Shown in pieces: positions 47,980 to 57,582 of a stretch of 64,000 nt of DNA (positions are counted from its first letter, which is position 1; each line of letters starts with the position of its first letter). The stretch lies in IMG/VR virus record IMGVR_UViG_3300007276_000035, positions 1 through 64,000 of that record. One strand, 5' to 3'. Position numbers and translations under genes: made by a program. Origin of the DNA: a virus. The notes beneath the pieces were generated by a model. The model was given only the letters and a program-made list of their open reading frames with translations, ran no database searches and was not told the origin of the DNA.

Positions 47980-49401
47980 TTATAGTCCTGCTAGTTGCCT
48001 AAGTTCAGCCATTGCGCTATCAATAGCATTCTGAGAAGTTTCTTCGACTGCTTCTTCTTCAACTGATTCTTCAGTTTCGTCTATTTCTGAATAGTCGTTA
48101 GCGTAATCATCTTCGCTAGGCTCACCTGAGCTGCCGCCTACTTTGCCAGTACCGTCACACTTGGTGCATTCGTAACTACGTGGTGCACCGTCCATGTCTA
48201 CGCTGAAGTAATGCTCGCCTGTTCCGTCACAGTGTGGGCAATCGTCGCCGTCTGCTTCAGGCTCGTCTTCGCTTACATATTCAGCAGCGATGTCACTAAA
48301 GTCAACGCTATCCATCATGTCGTCTTCTGTATCTTGTACAGGAATTTCTTGATCGTCAGCTACGTCAAACTCATCGCTGGTATCTTCAGGCTCGCCTTCA
48401 GATTCTTCGCCACCAGCAGCGCGATCGCCATCATTATATGCACGGATTGCTAAAGTAGCTTGGTTGCTCAATCCAGCTTGCACTGAACTATCAACACTAC
48501 TAATAAAATCAACTAGAGACTGTTGATCGCTAACAGAACCATCTGCTAAGCCTCCGCCTAGTTGCGCCATTGCATTGGAAAGCTCTGGTTCTTTTTCGCT
48601 TTCTGCATTACGCATAAGCAAACGCCCAATGTCAGCTAGCTTCTTCTCAGCATCACTCATACCATAGTATGAACTTCTTCCTACCTGGAAAGGTACTGCC
48701 GCTGCTTCGTCAACACTTTCACTTAGTGGTAAGCCTGCAAGCTGGCGTAGTTCGTTTAAATTTTTCATATCAATACTCTCGTTAACTGTTATATTATATT
48801 TATCGTTTTCTGATTCATTAACACCCAATAGATAGTGTGCAACTAAATCAAAATAAGGTTTACCGTCTATGATTGTGTCAGCATCTATACCAGCCGCTTT
48901 TGTAAATGCGTCTCGATCGTTAGCAGCAACAGCATTTCTAACATCGGTTGCTGAACTCAAGCGAGGTGTAGGCTTTTGATGTATACTAGCAAATTCGTAA
49001 TAGCCATGCTTACCTTCTTTACCGTTATATTTTACTAAGGAATCAGTTAGCCAAGATTCATCAGTATAAACGGTTAACGGTACTTTACCGTGTTCAGCAT
49101 ATACTTTGCTAGCAAGTGTAAACAGGTTTGATTCTGCAACAATGTGATTAGCTACGCCTGGCCATAGTGCTTCCATTGCTTTAATCTTAACGTCGAATGG
49201 TAGAGGATCTTTCTTGCCTTGAGTAGATTTATTAGTGCCAACATACCAATGGTCGTTTTCGCTTGCCATTTGCCAGGCAGCAGCATGTCCCCTGTGGGGA
49301 GGATTGAACCGCCCGAACATTATACCCACAGTCTCGTATGAATCGTTGCTAGGCAAGGCACTGTTCTTTTCAAAGTCTTCTGTTATATCTTTAAATCTCA
49401 T
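47980..49401 (-). CDS. cytidyltransferase-like (HxGH) nucleotidyltransferase with acidic extension and CxxCxGxG zinc finger
   Basis: FGRFNPPHRGH, KKDPL, SSATDVR; CPHCDGTG/CTKCDGTG; start moved to 49401. Confidence 0.75.
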   Translation of the reverse strand: MRFKDITEDFEKNSALPSNDSYETVGIMFGRFNPPHRGHAAAWQMASENDHWYVGTNKSTQGKKDPLPFDVKIKAMEALWPGVANHIVAESNLFTLASKVYAEHGKVPLTVYTDESWLTDSLVKYNGKEGKHGYYEFASIHQKPTPRLSSATDVRNAVAANDRDAFTKAAGIDADTIIDGKPYFDLVAHYLLGVNESENDKYNITVNESIDMKNLNELRQLAGLPLSESVDEAAAVPFQVGRSSYYGMSDAEKKLADIGRLLMRNAESEKEPELSNAMAQLGGGLADGSVSDQQSLVDFISSVDSSVQAGLSNQATLAIRAYNDGDRAAGGEESEGEPEDTSDEFDVADDQEIPVQDTEDDMMDSVDFSDIAAEYVSEDEPEADGDDCPHCDGTGEHYFSVDMDGAPRSYECTKCDGTGKVGGSSGEPSEDDYANDYSEIDETEESVEEEAVEETSQNAIDSAMAELRQLAGL

Positions 49402-49402
49402 A

Positions 49403-50542
49403 TTAAATACCAGGCTGCCATTTGTGTCTAGGAACAAATTTCACATTACCAAACTGCTTTTTGTCGTCACCGTATCTAACATGACCTTCACCTTTTGTAT
49501 CCCAAATTTCGCCTTCTTGATCTTCTAGTTGATCAATTACACTGTTCTTAGCCACTTGTATAATCTTAACTAACGTGAATATTTCTTCAGTGACGTTATT
49601 ATACGCCTGGTCAAGCTCTTGTATTTTTGCTTGCTTGGGTTGACTTACAGTACTGTTAGCGAGCCATTGATAAAAGTGCTTACTACTTAATTTGTCTAGT
49701 TGCCTTGCTTTAGCAGTCTGGTTCACGTACTTGTAAATAATCTCTTTAACATCAGACAAGCCTTTGACACCAGCAATGAATGTATCAATGTTCTTGCCAT
49801 GCTGTGACACATACTTGTCAGCTTGATCTATTGCTGAAGTATCCACTTTAATTGGCTTCTTGTTGTATACTGGACCTAATACGATAATTGGGGCAGTGTT
49901 ATTAAACTGACTAAAATCATCTATTGGTTGTTGATCGTTTTGGTTCATGCCGTATTCTGGATAGTAAGCGTGTCCTACAATCATTGCGTCTGCTTGACTA
50001 ATACGCTTGCCTAAGTCGCTGTCTTGACTTACGTGGTAACATGTACCTGAGTTTTCATTTGGACAAAAGTTATATATGCCGTTGTTGTCTAGTTCTGGGC
50101 GCGTAGAAAACATTAAGTCTCCGTATACAAACCCAACAAAATCCTTTGGTGTAGCTGCATCAAGTGGTGCGTATAAACTAGCAAACAATTTTGCAAACTG
50201 CTCTCTAGCAGGACCAGCAGCTTTAGTGCCTGTAGCAATAAAATTATAAAGTTCTTCTGCACTGTCTAGCTTAACATTGCGTCCCCAACCAGCAGTACCT
50301 GTAACTAGCAAAGGTCCGCCTGCAACTTCACGACCCCAATACACAGTAGGCTTACCATCCCACTTCATGCGTATTGATGTTGATCCTTTATCTTGTGTAA
50401 TTTCACGCAAGTGATCTAGTGCTTCTTTAACTCCAGCTGCACCGTAAAAGAATACAAGATCTTCTAAATGATTAAAGGTTCTTCCTAGCTGTTTAAGCTC
50501 AAAAAGATTACGGGCTTCATAGATAAATTCAATCGCTTTCAT
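49403..50542 (-). CDS. DUF6267-like protein with ligase-type KxDG motif
   Basis: HLEDL, KWDG, VYGDLMF, EGHV, KFVPR. Confidence 0.65.
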   Translation of the reverse strand: MKAIEFIYEARNLFELKQLGRTFNHLEDLVFFYGAAGVKEALDHLREITQDKGSTSIRMKWDGKPTVYWGREVAGGPLLVTGTAGWGRNVKLDSAEELYNFIATGTKAAGPAREQFAKLFASLYAPLDAATPKDFVGFVYGDLMFSTRPELDNNGIYNFCPNENSGTCYHVSQDSDLGKRISQADAMIVGHAYYPEYGMNQNDQQPIDDFSQFNNTAPIIVLGPVYNKKPIKVDTSAIDQADKYVSQHGKNIDTFIAGVKGLSDVKEIIYKYVNQTAKARQLDKLSSKHFYQWLANSTVSQPKQAKIQELDQAYNNVTEEIFTLVKIIQVAKNSVIDQLEDQEGEIWDTKGEGHVRYGDDKKQFGNVKFVPRHKWQPGI

Positions 50543-50572
50543 ATTACTTATTTATCTACTTTACACGTATTT

Positions 50573-51397
50573 CTATCTGTAATATTTAATGTATTGCCTT
50601 GCGATATATTCCCCGATCAAGATATGTTCGGTGTCACTGAAGTGTCCCTGGGTTAATGTACCATTACTGTTAACATGGTCGTAGCGGTTCTCTACTAGAT
50701 TTGGCTTCGGCAATCTTTTTTGTATCTCAGCCCATTCGGTTAGTATATTACTATCAGACCATAGTTTTGAAGTATACGGTGATAGACCCAGCCAGGTTTC
50801 AGTCACATGAAACTCAAGACCATAGCTTTTACACAACAAAAATAAATGATTTATAACTTCGGTATTAACATATTGTGAACAGCTTTCTGGATAGTACTTT
50901 ATGGCTAATGCAACATCCGGGTCGTATCCTTCACTAGGATCCACGTCTTGGTATTCAATTCCGTGCCCTCGCTCAGTTCGATGTACATGAGTAGGAACTC
51001 CGGCATCGCTAACACCAAACAGCCTAGCTTCTTGTGTGGGGGTAAAAAATACGTTTATCTTGTCGTATTTTTTCTGTGCCTCATTGAGGTCATGAATTAC
51101 AAACTGTGTGAGAGAATAAAGACCCCAGCCGTTTGACGATGAACTAAGGCAAAAACTAATCATGTCATGCTCTAGTATATTACTAGCTATAGTAGGATAC
51201 GCTAGATCAGGCCTTGAAAAACTTTTATCTGTCTTGATATATCGATAGGTATACTCTAATCCTGCATTTTCACCAGGATTAGTATAAACGTAGTCGCTGT
51301 TTTGCAGACTAACTTGTTGTATATGATCTGATGGGAAAAAATGTAATAGCTCTGCTCCCATGGGAATACTGCATCCTAACCAAATATCTAAGTTCAT
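50573..51397 (-). CDS. SGNH-hydrolase-like protein
   Basis: LGCSIPMG, SSN, GHFS..EH. Confidence 0.5.
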   Translation of the reverse strand: MNLDIWLGCSIPMGAELLHFFPSDHIQQVSLQNSDYVYTNPGENAGLEYTYRYIKTDKSFSRPDLAYPTIASNILEHDMISFCLSSSSNGWGLYSLTQFVIHDLNEAQKKYDKINVFFTPTQEARLFGVSDAGVPTHVHRTERGHGIEYQDVDPSEGYDPDVALAIKYYPESCSQYVNTEVINHLFLLCKSYGLEFHVTETWLGLSPYTSKLWSDSNILTEWAEIQKRLPKPNLVENRYDHVNSNGTLTQGHFSDTEHILIGEYIARQYIKYYR

Positions 51398-51924
51398 GCG
51401 TGTTTAACTCCTACTATATGCACTCGGTCTTTTTCACCGTGGTTTATTGCACAGTGTAAACGTGTTGTGTTTGTTTCGTAAGTGTTACCGGCATCGAGAT
51501 GAAAAATTTTCGCAGTCCAGTCATCTTCGTTGTAAAAGTACATTAGGCTAGTTGGGTTGGTTATAACAGGTATGTGTAATCGTATACTTTCCTTGTCTGG
51601 ATACAGCTTATCGTCGTGTATAGAATATGCAGTCTTGGGAAGCATTTTTAAAATACGCCAACGGTAATACTCAGGGTAGCGTAAAATACATTCTTCAATG
51701 TAAGTGCCTTTTAAATAATTATTTATTTGGTTGTATTCTGATTCTGGCATTGTTATACTAGATGTTCTTCCAATACTGACAAGCCAATCGTTAGAGCCGG
51801 TCTTACTAGTAAGACTTATTTGTAATTCGTTTAATAAATTTTGTGAAGTAACTAGATCTCTGATTTCAGTAGCTAGTAAATCTACATTGATATCAGAGTC
51901 TAGTTGTTTGACGTAGTTATGCAT
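51394..51924 (-). CDS. 2OG-Fe(II) oxygenase (Asp/Asn beta-hydroxylase-like)
   Basis: YSIHDD, RLHIPVITNP, LHCAIN, RVHIV. Confidence 0.8.
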   Translation of the reverse strand: MHNYVKQLDSDINVDLLATEIRDLVTSQNLLNELQISLTSKTGSNDWLVSIGRTSSITMPESEYNQINNYLKGTYIEECILRYPEYYRWRILKMLPKTAYSIHDDKLYPDKESIRLHIPVITNPTSLMYFYNEDDWTAKIFHLDAGNTYETNTTRLHCAINHGEKDRVHIVGVKHA

Positions 51925-51950
51925 TATAACTACTTATAGTGTCTGTTAAA

Positions 51951-52136
51951 TTAAGCTACTTCTTTCTGAAGCATTCTGAATGCGCCGTAAGCTACACCAG
52001 CCATTGCGATATACTTAAGAAACGGGCTTGCTAGTAGTACTGCTAAGCTAACGCCTGCAATAACACCGCCGTCCCAAGTTGAACGCTCTGCTAATCTTGC
52101 TTTAACCCAATCTGTAATTTTAGTAATGAAATCCAT
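51951..52136 (-). CDS. small membrane protein, holin-like
   Basis: RLAERSTWDG followed by two hydrophobic segments; AAGGAG RBS. Confidence 0.6.
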   Translation of the reverse strand: MDFITKITDWVKARLAERSTWDGGVIAGVSLAVLLASPFLKYIAMAGVAYGAFRMLQKEVA

Positions 52137-52148
52137 TGATCTCTCCTT

Positions 52149-53315
52149 TTAATCGTTATTATAAAGATACATTGATCGTGTAACCCAATTGCTGTTAAAC
52201 CAATCAACTTTCTTGTCTATCTCATCGTCAACCCCGTTCGGAAAAGTTACTGTAGCAGTTTGCCTTTTTGGGTTGTGTGAGATTTTTGCTTGCGGGAATG
52301 TTCCCTGTAGTGATTTGTGTACTTTTTTATCTACGTGGAAGAACTTAACACCTGTAGCTCCATCTCCGTAGAACATTTCGTTAACATCACCAGGTGATTC
52401 TTTCTGATAAGGCTTGTTACATTTTATACAACGCTTAGGATCATGTGGGTCGTATTCGTGTTCACATTTGTCCTCTGACATAGCGCCTTTGAGTTGATCT
52501 ATTACGCTACGTTGACCTTTAACGTCTAAGCTCTTGCCCATAACCTTTAGTATTTGTGCAAGTTGTTCTTTGCTTGGATCTGACTCAATGAAGTCACTAA
52601 ACAGTGTAGCTACCATTTTGTGTAGTGCTGCATTTCCAGCTAGTACCATTGGGCTTTCGTCTACAGCTTTAGGATTGCGCCAGTCTTTTTTCATTTTAGA
52701 TTTTAGCCTATCGTAATCATCACTGCTACCTATACCTGCATTCTTTGGTACTGGTTTCTCACCTGGACCTGGACCTTTCTTTGCAGGTCTAGCTTTTTTC
52801 TTTTCTTCTACTGGTCTTGGTTCTAGGTCTTTGGTAGTAACCTTGTTCTTTTTCATACGACTAGTTTCCTTGTTAACGTGGGCAAGTGCAGCTTCTTCAG
52901 AATCAAAGCCACCTTTAAAACGGTTAGCCCACTTACCTGCTCTAGTCTTCCAAGCACGGTTAGCAGCTTCACCTACCATCTTGTTGCGCATTGGGTGTGG
53001 ACTGGTGTTGCCCTTCTTGGGTGGCTTGTTGGTCTTGGGCTTAGGGTCACTAGCACGAGCATGTGGAGTTCTTGCTTCATCAACGTTACCAGGAGTATGA
53101 GCCTCTTGGATGCCTTCATCCATTTCACGAGCTTCTTCATCACTCAGGTACATGTCAGTGTCACGGTCGTAATACTTGCCTTCTTGTGGATCGTAATAAT
53201 ATACTCTACCGTTCTTAGCGATAAACGGGCCTTCTAACCCGGGTATATCTGTATAGCGTTCACGGTCTATCTTAGGCAATGTAGACCAGCCTTCTAGTAT
53301 CTCTTTAAATTTCAT
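52149..53315 (-). CDS. modular putative virion polyprotein
   Basis: MKFKEILE; GLEGPF...YYDPQEGKYYD; repeated V-x-E-A/S junctions; late motif 53344-53351. Confidence 0.65.
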   Translation of the reverse strand: MKFKEILEGWSTLPKIDRERYTDIPGLEGPFIAKNGRVYYYDPQEGKYYDRDTDMYLSDEEAREMDEGIQEAHTPGNVDEARTPHARASDPKPKTNKPPKKGNTSPHPMRNKMVGEAANRAWKTRAGKWANRFKGGFDSEEAALAHVNKETSRMKKNKVTTKDLEPRPVEEKKKARPAKKGPGPGEKPVPKNAGIGSSDDYDRLKSKMKKDWRNPKAVDESPMVLAGNAALHKMVATLFSDFIESDPSKEQLAQILKVMGKSLDVKGQRSVIDQLKGAMSEDKCEHEYDPHDPKRCIKCNKPYQKESPGDVNEMFYGDGATGVKFFHVDKKVHKSLQGTFPQAKISHNPKRQTATVTFPNGVDDEIDKKVDWFNSNWVTRSMYLYNND

Positions 53316-53360
53316 AAACTCCCCGAGCTAAAGCATTTAAACATATTTATCTGATCTTGG

Positions 53361-53389
53361 TTGACTTGATCCACTTTATACTGTATACT
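53361..53389 (+). promoter_or_regulatory. sigma70-like promoter
   Basis: TTGACT-17-TATACT. Confidence 0.7.
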
Positions 53390-53420
53390 ATATACTAATC
53401 TAACAGTTTAAGGTAGTATT

Positions 53421-53696
53421 ATGTCTTGGAACATACGAATAATCAAACAAACCCACCCCTGTGGTACTGCAACATACGGCCTACACGAAGTGCATTACGA
53501 CGATGATATGCAACCTGTTAGTTGCACTGAAAACACTATAGCAATGTCTGCAGAATCATGGGACGACCTATATGATTACTGTGTTATGGTATTACGCGCA
53601 TTCATTAAGCCTGCATTAGACATGAGCATTTTCGAACAAGATGATGTACAAGAATCAACAGACCGAGCACTGGGACTACTTAACAATGAGCTTTAA
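53421..53696 (+). CDS. phage hypothetical protein
   Basis: MSWNIRII...YGLHEVHY. Confidence 0.7.
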   Translation: MSWNIRIIKQTHPCGTATYGLHEVHYDDDMQPVSCTENTIAMSAESWDDLYDYCVMVLRAFIKPALDMSIFEQDDVQESTDRALGLLNNEL

Positions 53697-54726
53697 TCAA
53701 TCTATTAAGAGAATGGGGTTTTGTTGCAAGTACATGGACCCTGATCAAACACAGCCTAAAAAATTATTAGAGGAACTACAACGACCACTAAATACTCGTA
53801 GTACTACAATGACTTGGCTTAACAATCAAACCAAGGATGTTGCGTACCAGCGACTATGGGAGTTAATGGAACATAACATTGCTTCGTACCAAAGGTTAGT
53901 AGAATATGCAGGCAGTTTACCAGAAAATATGCGCATGGTTAGGTTGGGTAGCGATTGCTTGCCTGGCTTCACTCAGTCGGTGTGGGGACAACATTGGCGT
54001 CGAGGAGAAGTTCGACGATATGTGGAGACAAATCTTGCCAGAGTGGGCGAAACCGCTCGTAGGCTTGATGTTCGTCTTAGTTTTCATCCTGGTCAGTTTA
54101 CTGTTTTGGCAAGTGATCGACCTGACGTAGTAGAAAAAAGCATCGAAGAATTAGAGTACCACGCATACATGGCAGAGCTAATGGGCTATGGTCAAGAGTT
54201 TATGGACTTTAAGATTAACGTACATATCTCCGGTAAGCAAGGTGCAGAAGGTATCGTTAAGGTACTACCTAGACTAAGCCCAGTTGCCCGTAATACTATG
54301 ACAATAGAAAACGACGAAATGAAATGGGGTCTAGACGAAAGTCTTAAATTAAAAGATCATTTAGCTTTAGTTCTAGACGTACACCATCACTGGATACGCG
54401 ATGAAGAATATATTGAGGCAAACGATGACCGAGTTAAAGCAGTGGTCGACAGCTGGCGCGGTGTTCGCCCTGTCATTCATTATAGTTACAGCCGTTGTGA
54501 GCAGTTACCTGATGATGCTAGTAAGCATACTAATATGCATGATATCAAAAGTTTGTTGGAGCAAGGTTTTAAAAAGCAAAAACTCCGCGCACACAGTGAA
54601 TACTATCCTAACAAGAAAGTAAACGAGTGGGCACTTAGCTTTTGGGACCAATTTGATATTCAATGCGAAGCTAAAGCAAAAAATTTAGCAAGCAAACAAC
54701 TATATGATCAATCGCTTAACCAATAG
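53686..54726 (+). CDS. uvsE: UV DNA damage endonuclease
   Basis: RLGSD, LSFHPGQF, IENDE, LDVHHH, RAHS, EAKAK; start moved to 53686. Confidence 0.9.
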   Translation: MSFNQSIKRMGFCCKYMDPDQTQPKKLLEELQRPLNTRSTTMTWLNNQTKDVAYQRLWELMEHNIASYQRLVEYAGSLPENMRMVRLGSDCLPGFTQSVWGQHWRRGEVRRYVETNLARVGETARRLDVRLSFHPGQFTVLASDRPDVVEKSIEELEYHAYMAELMGYGQEFMDFKINVHISGKQGAEGIVKVLPRLSPVARNTMTIENDEMKWGLDESLKLKDHLALVLDVHHHWIRDEEYIEANDDRVKAVVDSWRGVRPVIHYSYSRCEQLPDDASKHTNMHDIKSLLEQGFKKQKLRAHSEYYPNKKVNEWALSFWDQFDIQCEAKAKNLASKQLYDQSLNQ

Positions 54727-55711
54727 ATTTTTACCGCCAAGGCTTCCTTTCATACCATTGTATGATGGCCAAGATACTATCTTATACTGTTACGGTGAGG
54801 TCGACACAGTCCTAGCACAAAAAGTATCGCCCAAAGCATCAATAATAACTATCGACAATGCTGACGGTTTGCTTAACCGTGATGAAGAAACATTGTGTGT
54901 GTTGTTGTATACTTTAAAAGATGCACTCAACGAAGATCAACTCAAGCAGTTAACACAAAGAAACATTCTAGTGGTTGCTCCAGTAGGGCACGAAGTAGTT
55001 GATGTTGAATTCCCGGCTAGCCATCCTGACGTGCTTAGTGTCGGAATACATAACAAAGACAATCTAGTTGAACTTAATTCAAATATCGGCGATATTGATA
55101 TTTACGCTCATGCTAAAGATTTAAACCAAGCAGCTACTTTGGTCGCCAGCGGATGCCTACATTATATTCAAACAAAAATGGTACGCTATGCACACGAACT
55201 TAAAGATTATGTTTTACTTAGTGCGACCAGGAATGCATTAACTGGTCCGTGGCCACCTTTTCATGACAAACATAAAGCAATTCACGGCAAGCATTTAAAC
55301 AATAGAACAATGTTTGTTCCTACAAAGCAAGAACCTATGTTGTGGAACATGCCTAAGGACTTTAATCAATACTTTTTCATTAATAAGTATAAAACAAAAT
55401 ATATTCCACTAAATATATCGAACACAGTAAAAGAAGTTGACCTAGGCGATGTAAATGAATTACCTGACTTTGTAGAACTTAAGAACAATGTTCTACGTAT
55501 TGATCCGAATCGTGACGATATTAAACCAGGAATATATCAATTTGAGTTAACAGCATATACGGCTGATACACACCAAATACAAACTTTTTATATACGGTTA
55601 AAAAGTAACACAGGAGAAGACATAGATTATACTTACGCATTAGTTAGGATAGACGGCGAGTACTTTGAGCTTGGTGTCGACGATGTGTTAGAATTTTCAG
55701 GCTATCATTAA
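54704..55711 (+). CDS. degenerate subtilase (S8)-like protein with C-terminal Ig-like domain
   Basis: ILVVAPVG, FPASHPDVLSVG, SNIG, IDIYA; catalytic GTSMA absent. Confidence 0.55.
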   Translation: MINRLTNRFLPPRLPFIPLYDGQDTILYCYGEVDTVLAQKVSPKASIITIDNADGLLNRDEETLCVLLYTLKDALNEDQLKQLTQRNILVVAPVGHEVVDVEFPASHPDVLSVGIHNKDNLVELNSNIGDIDIYAHAKDLNQAATLVASGCLHYIQTKMVRYAHELKDYVLLSATRNALTGPWPPFHDKHKAIHGKHLNNRTMFVPTKQEPMLWNMPKDFNQYFFINKYKTKYIPLNISNTVKEVDLGDVNELPDFVELKNNVLRIDPNRDDIKPGIYQFELTAYTADTHQIQTFYIRLKSNTGEDIDYTYALVRIDGEYFELGVDDVLEFSGYH

Positions 55712-56632
55712 ATGATTAGAGACTTAGTTGTAATAGGAACAAGTATGGCCAGCGGCGTTGGCCAGGGCCTTGAGTCTCGCACAGCAGAAGATGGTGCCGT
55801 TGTTAGTTGGGTTACTGCCTTAGCTAATTTATTAGAGGTTGACAACGTTTGGAATCATAGCTTACCTGGAAAGCCGATTGGGTTAGTTCACGCAGATTTT
55901 GTTGAATTCCATAGGCAATATATTAAAAGATACGGAACTAGCGAAAATCTCACAATAATACTTGAATACAGTATGCCTAGCTATAGACATTGGGATCCTG
56001 TTGCTGCATCTAGATCCGACTGTATGGGTATGAATATAATCCCACTTGCGCAGTTTAGTCCCATCATGGATTGGGAAAAAGCAAGATCATCAGCATATTA
56101 TCGAGATGCTAAATTTCTACAGACTGAATTTTACGAAAGGCGCGAGATAGACATGTTAGCAGTATCACGTAACGCTGGCGCTGACATGTATCAAAAAGTA
56201 ACAGACGATGTTATTTTGCCTGACGAGGTTTTAGATTTTGAAGCTCGTGCATTAGAATGGTTTAGACCTACAGAAGAAAATAAATTACGTTACATGAAAT
56301 ATGCCTTCGACGAACTAGGTTCTGCCCAGCGACTGTGTAACCATTGGAATACAGCTTACTTGCAAACTTGGGCAGGAGGATTTAATGACGATTACAAACG
56401 CGGAGTTGATCGATTTCTAAAGCCGTTGTCACAAGGCAACCCACGACTAATACCAATGCAAGAGTTTACGTCTATTACTGCTACTAACGACTGGAGTGAT
56501 AAAGTGTGGCGTAATCATCCAGACGAAGTCGGACACAAACGAATCGCTGAATATTTTTACAATTACATTAAAGAACATAAGATATACGAAAGACCTAACA
56601 ATAATTTATATAGAGGATATACTAGTGAGTAA
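55712..56632 (+). CDS. SGNH-hydrolase-like protein
   Basis: VIGTSMASG, NHSLPG, HPDEVGHKRIA. Confidence 0.6.
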   Translation: MIRDLVVIGTSMASGVGQGLESRTAEDGAVVSWVTALANLLEVDNVWNHSLPGKPIGLVHADFVEFHRQYIKRYGTSENLTIILEYSMPSYRHWDPVAASRSDCMGMNIIPLAQFSPIMDWEKARSSAYYRDAKFLQTEFYERREIDMLAVSRNAGADMYQKVTDDVILPDEVLDFEARALEWFRPTEENKLRYMKYAFDELGSAQRLCNHWNTAYLQTWAGGFNDDYKRGVDRFLKPLSQGNPRLIPMQEFTSITATNDWSDKVWRNHPDEVGHKRIAEYFYNYIKEHKIYERPNNNLYRGYTSE

Positions 56633-57455
56633 TTTGCTTTGCATGGCAGTGTCAAAAATTATTGGCGATTCAGCTGAATATAATAAAAATTTAGACAATC
56701 AAACATTATTTAATGCATACCAGGACATGTGTAATATTGTTTTACATAGCGCAGAAACATTCATCCAGGAAGACTTTGACATTGTGGTTTTTGGAGATGA
56801 TGTTGAAAGTTATCAAGAAATATTTCATAAAAACTTTGCTAGCGTTTATGAAGCATGGGATATTGATAGCCCTAATAACGTGTTGTTTTTGGACTGCGAC
56901 ACATTAATAATTAGCCCCACAGAAGTATTCGGTAAGTATGATCGCTTTCAATTATTTAATTATACCGACCCTAAATCGCTGCAAGGACCAGACGCTAAAA
57001 ACAAATACAACTTAGCGTTTGATCATTACTTTAATGCAGGGGTTAGGTATTATCCTGACACCATGACTAAAGAAGTATGGGACCTAGGTTGGAGCTATGC
57101 ATCGGATTGGGATTACGATATTTGGGGTACAGAACAAATTATATTTAATGAAATGATGTTCTCACAAGACCGCGATCATACTACCTGGTTAAAGCCAGAA
57201 ATGAATTACCAAATTCCAGGCGTTGCATTTAATAGCTTGGGTGCTTATGGTAAAGTACATCAACTTGATAGACTGAACGGGTGTAATGTCCAGGATGCTA
57301 ACATTTTACATTTACATGGAACACGCGGTGCCTTGAACACATTGTTACAACAATGGGTTATTTGGAAACAAATAACTAACGAGGAGTTTGAGTTTGATAA
57401 TTTTGTCGTGGTTAAAGATAGCGATGGTAATGCTACAAACTTGCAACAAAAATAA
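56625..57455 (+). CDS. GT-A glycosyltransferase, GT8-like (start moved to GTG 56625)
   Basis: LFLDCDT, FNAGV, EQIIFN, ILHLHG. Confidence 0.7.
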   Translation: MSNLLCMAVSKIIGDSAEYNKNLDNQTLFNAYQDMCNIVLHSAETFIQEDFDIVVFGDDVESYQEIFHKNFASVYEAWDIDSPNNVLFLDCDTLIISPTEVFGKYDRFQLFNYTDPKSLQGPDAKNKYNLAFDHYFNAGVRYYPDTMTKEVWDLGWSYASDWDYDIWGTEQIIFNEMMFSQDRDHTTWLKPEMNYQIPGVAFNSLGAYGKVHQLDRLNGCNVQDANILHLHGTRGALNTLLQQWVIWKQITNEEFEFDNFVVVKDSDGNATNLQQK

Positions 57456-57481
57456 TTTTTTAAATAATGGCGCCACTAAGT

Positions 57482-57582
57482 AAAAAACTGGACAGTCTAG
57501 TTGCAGTACTCTGCGTCTAAATAGCCTATACTAAGAGGGAGGCACACAATATTACTTGTTAGACTGAACATCAACTGTCCGT
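57482..57582 (-). ncRNA. candidate ~95-100 nt multi-stem small RNA
   Basis: AGTAAATA upstream (57595-57588); terminal stem GGACAGU/ACUGUCC; nested stems; U6 tail. Confidence 0.55.

Noticed and set aside
55733-55753. GTSMA at the start of the 55712 protein as the missing subtilase nucleophile supplied in trans
   Set aside because: Position and the downstream HP...H motif fit SGNH block I; probably coincidence
57537-57544. 8-nt complementarity of the minus-strand RNA (UGCCUCCC) to 16S GGGAGGCA
   Set aside because: Too short to distinguish from chance and partly within a stem
57482-57582. tRNA or tmRNA
   Set aside because: No GTTCRA T-loop, canonical anticodon arm or CCA end on either strand
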